This document shows, in pieces, positions 19,221 to 26,300 of a stretch of 26,302 nucleotides of DNA. Made by a program: the position numbers and the translations under genes. Numbering within the stretch: position 1 is the first letter of the stretch; every line of letters begins with the position of its first letter. This stretch comes from Elusimicrobiota bacterium (GTDB taxonomy: Bacteria; Elusimicrobiota; UBA8919): positions 1-26,302 of the forward strand of contig JBDRIG010000110.1 of the NCBI GenBank assembly GCA_043816185.1. The letters are read 5' to 3'. The notes below the pieces were generated by a model. The model was not told the DNA's origin and ran no database searches. It saw nothing but the letters and a program-made list of their open reading frames with translations.

Positions 19221-20074
19221 TTTAGAGTAGGATTTTTGTGTGTTTCAAGTTTTAGAGAAAGAGAGAAAAGGTGTGTACCGCCTAAAACGGGATGTAAAAT
19301 ATATCCATAATCTATACCAATATTTTTGTTTTTTAAACCAAAACCCGACGAGAAAGATGTAGGTTGTGTTCTTACACCAAATCTAACTGCAAATATTTTT
19401 AAAAGATTTATTTCTTCAGATATGTGAAGTGTAATACCATCAAAATCGTCTGATTTACTTACATCAAGATTCGAAGTAATCCTTTCAAGTACCTTCAATG
19501 AAATACCAATTTGAAAATTCTTGCTGACTAATTCTGCTTTACTCCCAACATTTGGGCCATTAAAATTAGTGGCTGAAGAACCAATTGAAATATTATCTTT
19601 CACGTTTCCAATAAAACCACAATCAAAACCGACTGCATTTCCAGAACCATATTCTTTTATTTTCAAAGCCATATTTTTCATTGTGTAACCAAAGGCTAAA
19701 TTTTTTGTTAAATAAAATCCATGTGAAAAATAAAATTCAGTTTCACCGTAAATTGAATCGCCAAACTGGTTATAAGAAAGTCCGACTGTACCGAAATTTT
19801 TTAGATAGAGGGCAAAACTCCCCACCATATATGAAAGTTCGTTAAACCCATAAAGATTGCAATGGGTTGTAGATACATCACAAATAGAAACAATTCTTCT
19901 TAGTCCACCAGGATTGTAATAGATTGCCGATGAGTCGTTTGATAATGCTACAAACGCTCCAGATAGAGATGCTACTCTTGCGGAAGAATATCGTTGCTCA
20001 AAAGCGGAGTAAAGATATGTTGAAAAATAAAAAGACAAAAAAAAATAACCAATCTTTTTTACAGTTATTTTCAT
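19208..20074 (-). CDS. PorV/PorQ/FadL-like outer-membrane beta-barrel protein
   Basis: Signal peptide; SARVASLSGAFVALSNDSSAIYYNPGGL; C-terminal IDYGY..HPVLGGTHLFSL. Confidence 0.7.
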   Translation of the reverse strand: MKITVKKIGYFFLSFYFSTYLYSAFEQRYSSARVASLSGAFVALSNDSSAIYYNPGGLRRIVSICDVSTTHCNLYGFNELSYMVGSFALYLKNFGTVGLSYNQFGDSIYGETEFYFSHGFYLTKNLAFGYTMKNMALKIKEYGSGNAVGFDCGFIGNVKDNISIGSSATNFNGPNVGSKAELVSKNFQIGISLKVLERITSNLDVSKSDDFDGITLHISEEINLLKIFAVRFGVRTQPTSFSSGFGLKNKNIGIDYGYILHPVLGGTHLFSLSLKLETHKNPTLKCVK

Positions 20075-20159
20075 TTATTATTTTTTCATTTACTATTGCT
20101 ACGAATGCTGTAGGGTATATTTATTCAGTAGATTTCTAACAGCACTATCTCCAAAACCT

Positions 20160-20240
20160 CAAACAGGTTGCTTATTTTGGCTTGACTTGACCCATTTTTG
20201 GCTAAAGCAACCTACCTCAAACCCGTCTCTTTCTCTGTTT
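20160..20240 (-). pseudogene. Possible degraded XRE-type HTH fragment
   Basis: Minus strand reads (KQRKR/)GLR*VALAKNGSSQAKISNL, like an XRE HTH core with a stop and indels. Confidence 0.25.
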
Positions 20241-20252
20241 ACATAAGGTATT

Positions 20253-20504
20253 TTATACTCCGGGGAATAAAAACCCCCATACACTCAAATCTTCATCAAT
20301 ATCAGACCAGTGAATTCCATATCCTCCAGGAGAAATTTCAAAGTGTTTTAACTGTTTTTCTGTTGCTTTTGATAGTTTTGAATACCATGCAATAGGAATT
20401 GACAAAGTTCTACCATCGCTTAAACTAATCACCATAACATTTTTCAAAAACCTTACAAACGTAATTATAGGTGCTTTAATTTGTTCAGCGATTAAAGTAT
20501 TCAT
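20253..20504 (-). CDS. DUF2442 family protein (putative antitoxin)
   Basis: LSDGRTLSIPIAWYSKLSKAT..QL..FEIS..GYGIHWSDIDEDLSV; start ATG 20504 overlaps the end of the DUF4160 frame. Confidence 0.88.
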   Translation of the reverse strand: MNTLIAEQIKAPIITFVRFLKNVMVISLSDGRTLSIPIAWYSKLSKATEKQLKHFEISPGGYGIHWSDIDEDLSVWGFLFPGV

Positions 20505-20721
20505 GCCAGGCCTACTCAATTCTTTGAGTGTTTCCTTTCACTATATTCAAAATGTTTTTTAACTGGCCTGGATTAAAACTATGACTCCAAACAAATTGAC
20601 AAGAAGGAATCCAAAATTTTGCTTCACCACCTTATCCTATAACATGTATATGACAGGGTTCAAATCCTTCGTTGCTATAAAACAAAAAACGGTATCCCCT
20701 TAATCTAAAAACCGTTGGCAT
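20485..20721 (-). pseudogene. DUF4160 family (putative toxin) pseudogene with two in-frame stops
   Basis: MPTVFRLRGYRFLFYSNEGFEPCHIHVIG*GGEAKFW...IE*AWHEYFNR; TAA at 20632-20634, TAG at 20512-20514; GGAG RBS upstream. Confidence 0.85.
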
Positions 20722-20840
20722 TTTTATTTTTCTCCAAAAATTTCTTAATGCGATATAAATGGAATTGGGCTGAGATTTCTTTTACCGTTTAGCCAGTTGT
20801 GTAGCGTAACAAAATGAACATTGAGTTGCTTGGTAAGTTG
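20722..20840 (-). pseudogene. XRE-family HTH remnant
   Basis: *QLTKQLNVHFVTLHNWLNGKRNLSPI, then a frameshift into HLYRIKKFLEK; no start codon. Confidence 0.55.
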
Positions 20841-20989
20841 TTACAAAATACTTTTTTATATTTTTATTTTGATGAACGTAATTACAAATAACACTGGAAA
20901 TTAAAAAGCTCGGGTTGCATGAATTGGAAATTATCTTAGTTTCGAGTGTCCTATCTGGGTATAATTTTCTCCAGCGATAAAATAATTTT

Positions 20990-21361
20990 CTCAGGCGGTA
21001 GGATTCGAACCTACAACCCTCCGGTTACAAGTACCCCTAAATTTCTTTAGGGCTCGGACTATCTTATTTCCATTCCAATCCGTCTCTCGGTCGCCAGACA
21101 GAACTACGTCTGACTGTTGTCGGACAATAAAAACTGGAATCTGGAAGCGGGCGCTTCCCCCGACATATCGTTCATACCGTCGGAGTACTCCCTTACGGGA
21201 TAGTCTCTGCGCCTTACCCGATAACTATCGGGTCTTGGCTCAGGATTATCTTATACCTTTCGGTAGTTAGAATTCCCTGAATTCACCCACTTTTTCAATC
21301 ACGATTTCTCGTGAAAGCTGCCAATCGACAGCCGGATGCTCCACCATTGAGCTACGCCTGA
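20990..21361 (-). tRNA. tRNA-Asn(GTT), intron-containing (exon 1 21361-21328, exon 2 21027-20990)
   Basis: Joined exons give a 72-nt cloverleaf: TCAGGCG/CGCCTGA, GCTC/GAGC, TCCGG-CTGT|TAA-CCGGA, GTAGG-TTCGAAT-CCTAC, G73. Confidence 0.95.
21028..21327 (-). ncRNA. Group I self-splicing intron, 300 nt, no ORF
   Basis: Exon ends in U, intron ends in G; P1 GCUGU|C-GAUU-GGCAGC with U.G at the splice site; P GAATTCAGGGAA, Q AATCCTGAGCCAAG, R GGCGCAGAGACTA, S AAGATAGTCC; P7 GACTA/TAGTC; P3 GTGGGTG/CGCCCGC; GAAA-capped P2, P5 and P9. Confidence 0.93.
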
Positions 21362-21402
21362 ATTATAAATCTCCACCAAGTCATTGTACTGAATTTATTA
21401 TA

Positions 21403-21993
21403 TTAAATTTCTTTTCTTCCGTCAAGTGCGTTTATTAAAGTTACTTCGTCGCAGTATTCTATACTTCCTCCCGACGGAATACCTTTTGCAAGGCGAGTAA
21501 TTTTTATGTTGTGTGATTTCAAAAGTTGTGAAATATACATTGCCGTAACATCACCTTCAACCGTCGGATTGGTAGCAATAAGAACCTCGTTTATTCCTTT
21601 CAATCGTTTCATAAGAAGTTTTATGCTTAGATTATCAGGGTGTACTCCGTCTAATGGAGAAAGAATTCCCAATAAAATATGATAAAGTCCTTTATATTTC
21701 CCCGTTTTTTCTATAGTTTGTAAATCAATATAATTTTCAACAACGCATATTTTTTGCCTGTCCCTATCTCCCTTAAAATCTGAACATATCTCACATGGAC
21801 TTTCCTTGCATATAGAACAACAAATAGAACAGGATTTTATATTTTTTTTTGCGTCAATTATTGATAATGCTAAATTTTCAACGTCTTTTTGCGAGCTTTT
21901 CAATATAAAAAAAGCAAATCGTTCCGCCTGTTTTTGTCCAATACCAGGTAATTTTTTGAACGCATCAATAAGACGAATAAGTGGCCCAATCAT
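21403..21993 (-). CDS. recR: Recombination mediator RecR
   Basis: LPGIGQKQAERFA HhH, C4 zinc finger, ICVVE, YHILLGILSPLDG, ATNPTVEG, TRLAKGIPSGG. Confidence 0.97.
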   Translation of the reverse strand: MIGPLIRLIDAFKKLPGIGQKQAERFAFFILKSSQKDVENLALSIIDAKKNIKSCSICCSICKESPCEICSDFKGDRDRQKICVVENYIDLQTIEKTGKYKGLYHILLGILSPLDGVHPDNLSIKLLMKRLKGINEVLIATNPTVEGDVTAMYISQLLKSHNIKITRLAKGIPSGGSIEYCDEVTLINALDGRKEI

Positions 21994-22025
21994 TTAAGTC
22001 GCTCAATCATTTAAGTGACCCAATC
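21988..22025. repeat. Short tandem repeat in dnaX-recR spacer
   Basis: caatcatttaagt twice with a 17-nt period, then caatc. Confidence 0.6.
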
Positions 22026-22029
22026 TTTA

Positions 22030-23901
22030 TTATTTGTTATCTGCCGACGGTTTTACAACACTACCACCGAATAAATCGATAATATTCTTAACTGTCGATG
22101 TAGATGTATTTCGCAATGGCATTGTTGTGCCAGATTTTTTGTTTTTACCAATTGACGTATGCGTTAGTAGCGATGCATTCGCATCCATGATGTCATTATC
22201 CTGTTGATATGCGTCTGAGGAAAGTTCTGTATTTTCCACAACATTTTCTGTAACATTTTCTGTGCCCGAACAGATTGATTGCGTAGATTCGTCGTTAATC
22301 GTGGTATCTAAAGATGGAATCTCGTTTTCTATTTCTTCGTTTTCTGAATTATTGGTATCTCCAATTTTTGTAGTGAATTCAAATTTTCCGCCTAATTTTT
22401 CTTCCATCAAAGGAAGCCATTCGTTTTTGTTTGATAAAACTGTTTCTATTTTATATAGATTATCAAATTCAATAACAGAAATTCCGTCATTTTGAATCGA
22501 TATTTTTGTACCTGAAAAACAACTAAGAATACGAGGTCTGATTTTTTCATTTTTTAAAATTTCACTCCACGCTAAACGAACTTTTTCTTCAGACCAAGTA
22601 GGTTTGTCTATGGTGAAGGAATCAGTTTTAGCAAGTGTGGTTTTTGGTGTCACAGGAGTAGTTTTTGGTGTTAATGGTTCTGAATTTTTTGCGGCTGGTA
22701 ATTTTTTTTCTATTGATTTTTCTTCTATCGGTTTGTCTTCGTTATTTTCAAGGTTTTCTGAGGAGGAAAGGCATGGTGAAGACAATTCAAGATTTTCAAG
22801 ACGGGCTATTAGTTCGTCTAAACCGACATATTTTTGGGTGAGTTTTACGCAAAAAATTTCTAAAATAATAGATGGCTGTTCGGCATTTTTCATTTGATCA
22901 GTACAATTGGAAAGTATTTGTATTAATCGAAACAAAACATCAACAGACAAACTTTGCGAATACAATCCCAATTTTGTCGTATCAGAAACGGTTTGCACTA
23001 ATTCTGGGGAAATTTTATAAAGCATTACATTTCTAATATATTCCTGTAAATCACAAACGATGTTTAGGGGGTCGTATCCGAGCAGCACTGTTTTATCTAC
23101 AATTTGCAAAAGTTTTTTTGTTGCATTTTTTTCAATACACTCAAACATTTCCGAAAGAATATCTTCCTTAACAATTCCAAGTATAGAAATAACATCTTGC
23201 GGAGTTATATTGGTTCCGCAAAAAGATATAATTTGGTCAAAAGTACTTAAAGCATCTCTCAAAGCACCGCCGACAGATCTTGCAATTATGGCAACTGCTT
23301 TATTATCTATTTTAATATTTTCTTTTTCGGCAATTTTTTCTATCTGTACGCTTATTTCTTTTATTGATAGTGGACGAAAACTAAACCGCTGGCATCTGGA
23401 AAGTATTGTCGGAGGAATTTTTTGGGTTGATGTAGTCGCAAATATAAAAACTGCATGTGCTGGTGGTTCTTCAAGAGTTTTCAAAAGTGCGTTAAATGCC
23501 TCAGGTGTTATTTGATGTGCCTCATCTATAATGTAGATTTTATATTTTGACGACGATGGAGCGTATTTTATGTTTTCTCTTAATTCTCTTATTTGTTCTA
23601 TGCCTCTGTTTGAAGCGGCATCTATTTCCATTACATCAATAGAATTACTGTTTGCTATTTCACGACAGGAATTACAATTGCTGCATGGTTGTTGTTCTTG
23701 TATCTGTTTGCAGTTTAATGCCTTGGCAAAGATTCGAGCAACAGTGGTTTTACCAATGCCACGCTGACCTGAAAAAATATAGCCATATGCGATTCTTTTT
23801 TCTTTTATTGCGTTTTTCAATACACGTACTATATGCTCTTGACCTATAACGTCGTCAAATTTTTGTGGTCGATATTTTCTCGCTAAAACAGTATATGACA
23901 T
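22030..23901 (-). CDS. dnaX: DNA polymerase III subunit gamma/tau
   Basis: LARKYRPQ, GQRGIGKTT, EIDAASNRG, IIDEAH, NALLKTLEEPP, TILSRC, GGALRDA. Confidence 0.97.
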   Translation of the reverse strand: MSYTVLARKYRPQKFDDVIGQEHIVRVLKNAIKEKRIAYGYIFSGQRGIGKTTVARIFAKALNCKQIQEQQPCSNCNSCREIANSNSIDVMEIDAASNRGIEQIRELRENIKYAPSSSKYKIYIIDEAHQITPEAFNALLKTLEEPPAHAVFIFATTSTQKIPPTILSRCQRFSFRPLSIKEISVQIEKIAEKENIKIDNKAVAIIARSVGGALRDALSTFDQIISFCGTNITPQDVISILGIVKEDILSEMFECIEKNATKKLLQIVDKTVLLGYDPLNIVCDLQEYIRNVMLYKISPELVQTVSDTTKLGLYSQSLSVDVLFRLIQILSNCTDQMKNAEQPSIILEIFCVKLTQKYVGLDELIARLENLELSSPCLSSSENLENNEDKPIEEKSIEKKLPAAKNSEPLTPKTTPVTPKTTLAKTDSFTIDKPTWSEEKVRLAWSEILKNEKIRPRILSCFSGTKISIQNDGISVIEFDNLYKIETVLSNKNEWLPLMEEKLGGKFEFTTKIGDTNNSENEEIENEIPSLDTTINDESTQSICSGTENVTENVVENTELSSDAYQQDNDIMDANASLLTHTSIGKNKKSGTTMPLRNTSTSTVKNIIDLFGGSVVKPSADNK

Positions 23902-23910
23902 AATAGTACC

Positions 23911-23957
23911 AATTAAGAATTAGGAATTGAGAACTCTGAACTACGAACTTTCAATTG
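23911..23957. repeat. Degenerate heptamer tandem repeat
   Basis: AATTAAG AATTAGG AATTGAG AACTCTG AACTACG AACTTTC AATTG; similar heptamers at 12910-12922 and 12989-13008, all next to tRNA genes. Confidence 0.5.
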
Positions 23958-23963
23958 CTTTTA

Positions 23964-24036
23964 TGGAGGTGAAGGGGGTTGAACCCTCGACCTCATCGTT
24001 GAGAACGATGCGCTCTCCCAACTGAGCTACACCCCC
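23964..24036 (-). tRNA. tRNA with alanine body and CTC (Glu) anticodon
   Basis: GGGGGTG TA GCTC AGTTGGGA GAGC G CATCG TTCTCAA CGATG AGGTC GAGGG TTCAACC CCCTT CACCTCC A; G3.U70 and A73; anticodon = plus-strand gag 24001-24003. Confidence 0.93.
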
Positions 24037-24091
24037 AAGGATTATTTAGGAATAAATTGACGTGAAGTGTGTCATTGCAGACGACCTTGTC

Positions 24092-24245
24092 GTCGTTGCG
24101 AGAAGCGAATTAAATGAGCGATGAAGCAATCTCGATTGTTCTATCGTGTCTCGACCCTGCTTGTCATCTCGACTGAAAGGAGAGATCTCTCTGTTTCGAC
24201 TGGAAGAGATCCATCGGTCGCTACGCTTACTCGGGATGACAGGCG
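24092..24245. repeat. Composite palindromic repeat (left flank of cassette)
   Basis: gtcgttgcgag...gaagcaatctc half element (24092-24133); tgtcatctcga/tcgggatgaca palindrome (24162-24241); 42-bp segment 24204-24245 repeated at 25377-25418. Confidence 0.7.
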
Positions 24246-24350
24246 TTCCGAATAACACCGCGTACAATAAAGCATACAATAAAATAATCAAAACTGTTAC
24301 TGAAATGCTGAACAGTTATGCACGGTGCACAGTAGAAAAATACTCAAAAA

Positions 24351-24506
24351 TCAACCATTATTGTCTTCAACAAATTTTTTAATATCTTCTATGTGCTGAA
24401 GCATTAATTTTGCTTTTGCAATACCAAAAGAAAATGGATATTTATCATTTTCATCCCGTTTCAAAACAATAATCTTGTTCCCCTTAAACTCCGATAATTC
24501 AAACAT
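24351..24506 (-). CDS. Small 51-aa protein, unknown function (absent from ORF track)
   Basis: AGGAGG 8 nt upstream of ATG; MFELSEFKGNKIIVLKRDENDKYPFSFGIAKAKLMLQHIEDIKKFVEDNNG*; starts 25 nt after the upstream gene stop. Confidence 0.8.
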   Translation of the reverse strand: MFELSEFKGNKIIVLKRDENDKYPFSFGIAKAKLMLQHIEDIKKFVEDNNG

Positions 24507-24531
24507 TGCTCTTTCCTCCTATGTGTCTTTT

Positions 24532-25326
24532 TCAATTAAGATCTTTCGGTATAGAACTTGGTGCAATTTTTATACTTTTCAATTCCAGTAAACCCGATAT
24601 AATTGCACCAACAAAATATATCAACCACAAATATGTGTAATAATGGCCAAGAAGTGCTGATAGGCCAGCGGCAAGCATTGAAACGATAAATACCTCAAGG
24701 CCTACTTCAAGATATTTCCACTTCAAGGGCATTTGATTGTAAATGCTGTCCGACGGATAGTTATGACGACGTCGGCGAATTATTGTAACGGCAAGAAAAA
24801 AAAAGCCAACAGGCGAAATAAGTTGCGATACGAGATGAATTAATTTAAGTTCAATTTTTTGCTGACCACCTGCAAACCATACTGCATCATATAATTTTAA
24901 GTCGTTAAATAAAACAATGATTTTTGATGAGTTTATAGCAGCGATATTAATAAGAATAAATATAACAGCCATCAAAAATCCAATAGAATAAGAACCAATT
25001 TTGATCGTTCGCGAAGGTTCGCCTTCGTCGGAGTTCCAACAAAATATGCCGACTAATATTGCCGGTGAAATAATTGCCATTAAAAAAAACTGACGTACGC
25101 AATTTATAATCATAGGCCACGGATGTGGTCCAATTATATTTTGTAAAGGACGAGTTATAAAATATATTCCGAATAAAACAAAGGCATTAAAAACTTTTTT
25201 ATAACCAATTTCTCCAAATATAATGCGTCTGATTTTTTCAACTTTCTTGATTTCTATCGCTATGATGAAATAGATAACACCAGCTATGATAGGAACCGCT
25301 ATATTAATTAAGAAAACATGGAGCAT
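24532..25326 (-). CDS. Polytopic (about 7 TM) membrane protein, unknown function
   Basis: 264 aa, about seven hydrophobic segments with basic loops (IRRRRH). Confidence 0.8.
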   Translation of the reverse strand: MLHVFLINIAVPIIAGVIYFIIAIEIKKVEKIRRIIFGEIGYKKVFNAFVLFGIYFITRPLQNIIGPHPWPMIINCVRQFFLMAIISPAILVGIFCWNSDEGEPSRTIKIGSYSIGFLMAVIFILINIAAINSSKIIVLFNDLKLYDAVWFAGGQQKIELKLIHLVSQLISPVGFFFLAVTIIRRRRHNYPSDSIYNQMPLKWKYLEVGLEVFIVSMLAAGLSALLGHYYTYLWLIYFVGAIISGLLELKSIKIAPSSIPKDLN

Positions 25327-25360
25327 AAATTAAAAATTAAACGTCCTCAATCACATTCAG

Positions 25361-25651
25361 ATCGTGTCGCATCGGAAAGAGATCCATCGGTTACTACGCT
25401 TCCTCGTGATGACAGGCGAGATTGTCACGAGCCGATAAATCGGCCCTCGCAATAACCAAAAGTAGAATTACAACACAGTCACATCGCCACGCTGCTACGC
25501 CGCAGGCTTCACGTTTTATTCTCGCTTCAACGAGACTTCAACGAGATGAGTCTGCTTCGTAGCGTAGTGATGCAAATTGTCAGCAAACCGTCAAGCGAAT
25601 TAATTCGCTGTTTTTGATCTGCTGTTTTTGATCTGCTTGTTTTTGATCTGC
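25361..25651. repeat. Mosaic repeat cluster (right flank of cassette)
   Basis: 42-bp direct repeat 25377-25418; half element gagattgtcacg...ctcgcaataac 25418-25456; long imperfect hairpin ~25482-25572 with duplicated cttcaacgaga; palindrome agcgaattaattcgct 25594-25609; gctgtttttgatct x3 at 25607-25649. Confidence 0.7.
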
Positions 25652-25658
25652 AAATATT

Positions 25659-26300
25659 TTAGAATTTTAATACACAACTAATTCTCCATTGCGATATGTC
25701 TAAGATGTTTGCAGAACCAGTAAGTGGATTGTAACCTGAAAGCCCGAGAATATCAAACGAAACATTCTTTGACCAGTCATAACCAATACCGTAATAATAT
25801 TGTGTTGTTCTTACAGTGTTTTCAGAGATCGTAGTTGTTTCCGTTCCTGTATCTTTTCCATCAGTCGTTGCTTCATACGCTGTAGTGGTGGCACAATTTG
25901 ATTCGAAAACCATTTTTTCTAAGCCATCGTTTGTAACTTTCGTAGTGTCTGTCATCTTTGTTGTCTGGATACTATGAGTTACGCCAAGTCGCACTGCAAA
26001 TTTTTTCCAAGGTCTCATTTCAAGGCCTATTGGTAATAAAATGGTGTCTGTTTTTGTCTCGTCGATAAAAGAACCAGTGTCGGTATCAGTTATGGTTATA
26101 CGAGCATCGGCGGATCCATCATTTACAACATTACCATCATTATCCGAGTCAATCGTAATAACATCATCTATGGAAAAGCATGTCAAGTAGAAAATAGCAT
26201 CCCCTTTGTCAAAAATCAGCATCTTTTGACACGCTTCCTTCCCGCTAAACGGGTGGAGATAAACGAATATAAATTTGTAAATGACACCAATAATAAAGGT
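25659..26300 (-). CDS. C-terminal part of probable outer-membrane beta-barrel protein; frame open to window edge
   Basis: LPIGLEMRPWKKFAVRLGV, YYYGIGYDW, terminal WRISCVLKF; no in-frame stop between ATG 26222 and the window end; no signal peptide at 26222. Confidence 0.6.
   Translation of the reverse strand, partial: TFIIGVIYKFIFVYLHPFSGKEACQKMLIFDKGDAIFYLTCFSIDDVITIDSDNDGNVVNDGSADARITITDTDTGSFIDETKTDTILLPIGLEMRPWKKFAVRLGVTHSIQTTKMTDTTKVTNDGLEKMVFESNCATTTAYEATTDGKDTGTETTTISENTVRTTQYYYGIGYDWSKNVSFDILGLSGYNPLTGSANILDISQWRISCVLKF

Noticed and set aside
20485..20721. Stop-codon recoding to explain TAA/TAG inside DUF4160
   Set aside because: TAA and TAG terminate normal genes in this window (pmbA, hisS, the 588-aa gene); neighbouring frames are also decayed.
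21028..21327. Homing endonuclease in the intron, or integrative element in tRNA-Asn
   Set aside because: 300 nt, mostly occupied by ribozyme helices; no ORF, integrase or duplicated tRNA end.
23902..24100. SRP RNA (ffs), often upstream of dnaX
   Set aside because: No domain IV motif (CAGG...GGAA...AGCAG) seen on either strand.
24046..24382. Track ORFs 24046..24291 (-) and 24146..24382 (+)
   Set aside because: They translate palindromic repeat DNA; no RBS or family signal. The same applies to 6577..6858.
25607..25651. CRISPR-like array
   Set aside because: Contiguous 14-15 bp units with no spacers and no cas genes; a simple tandem repeat.
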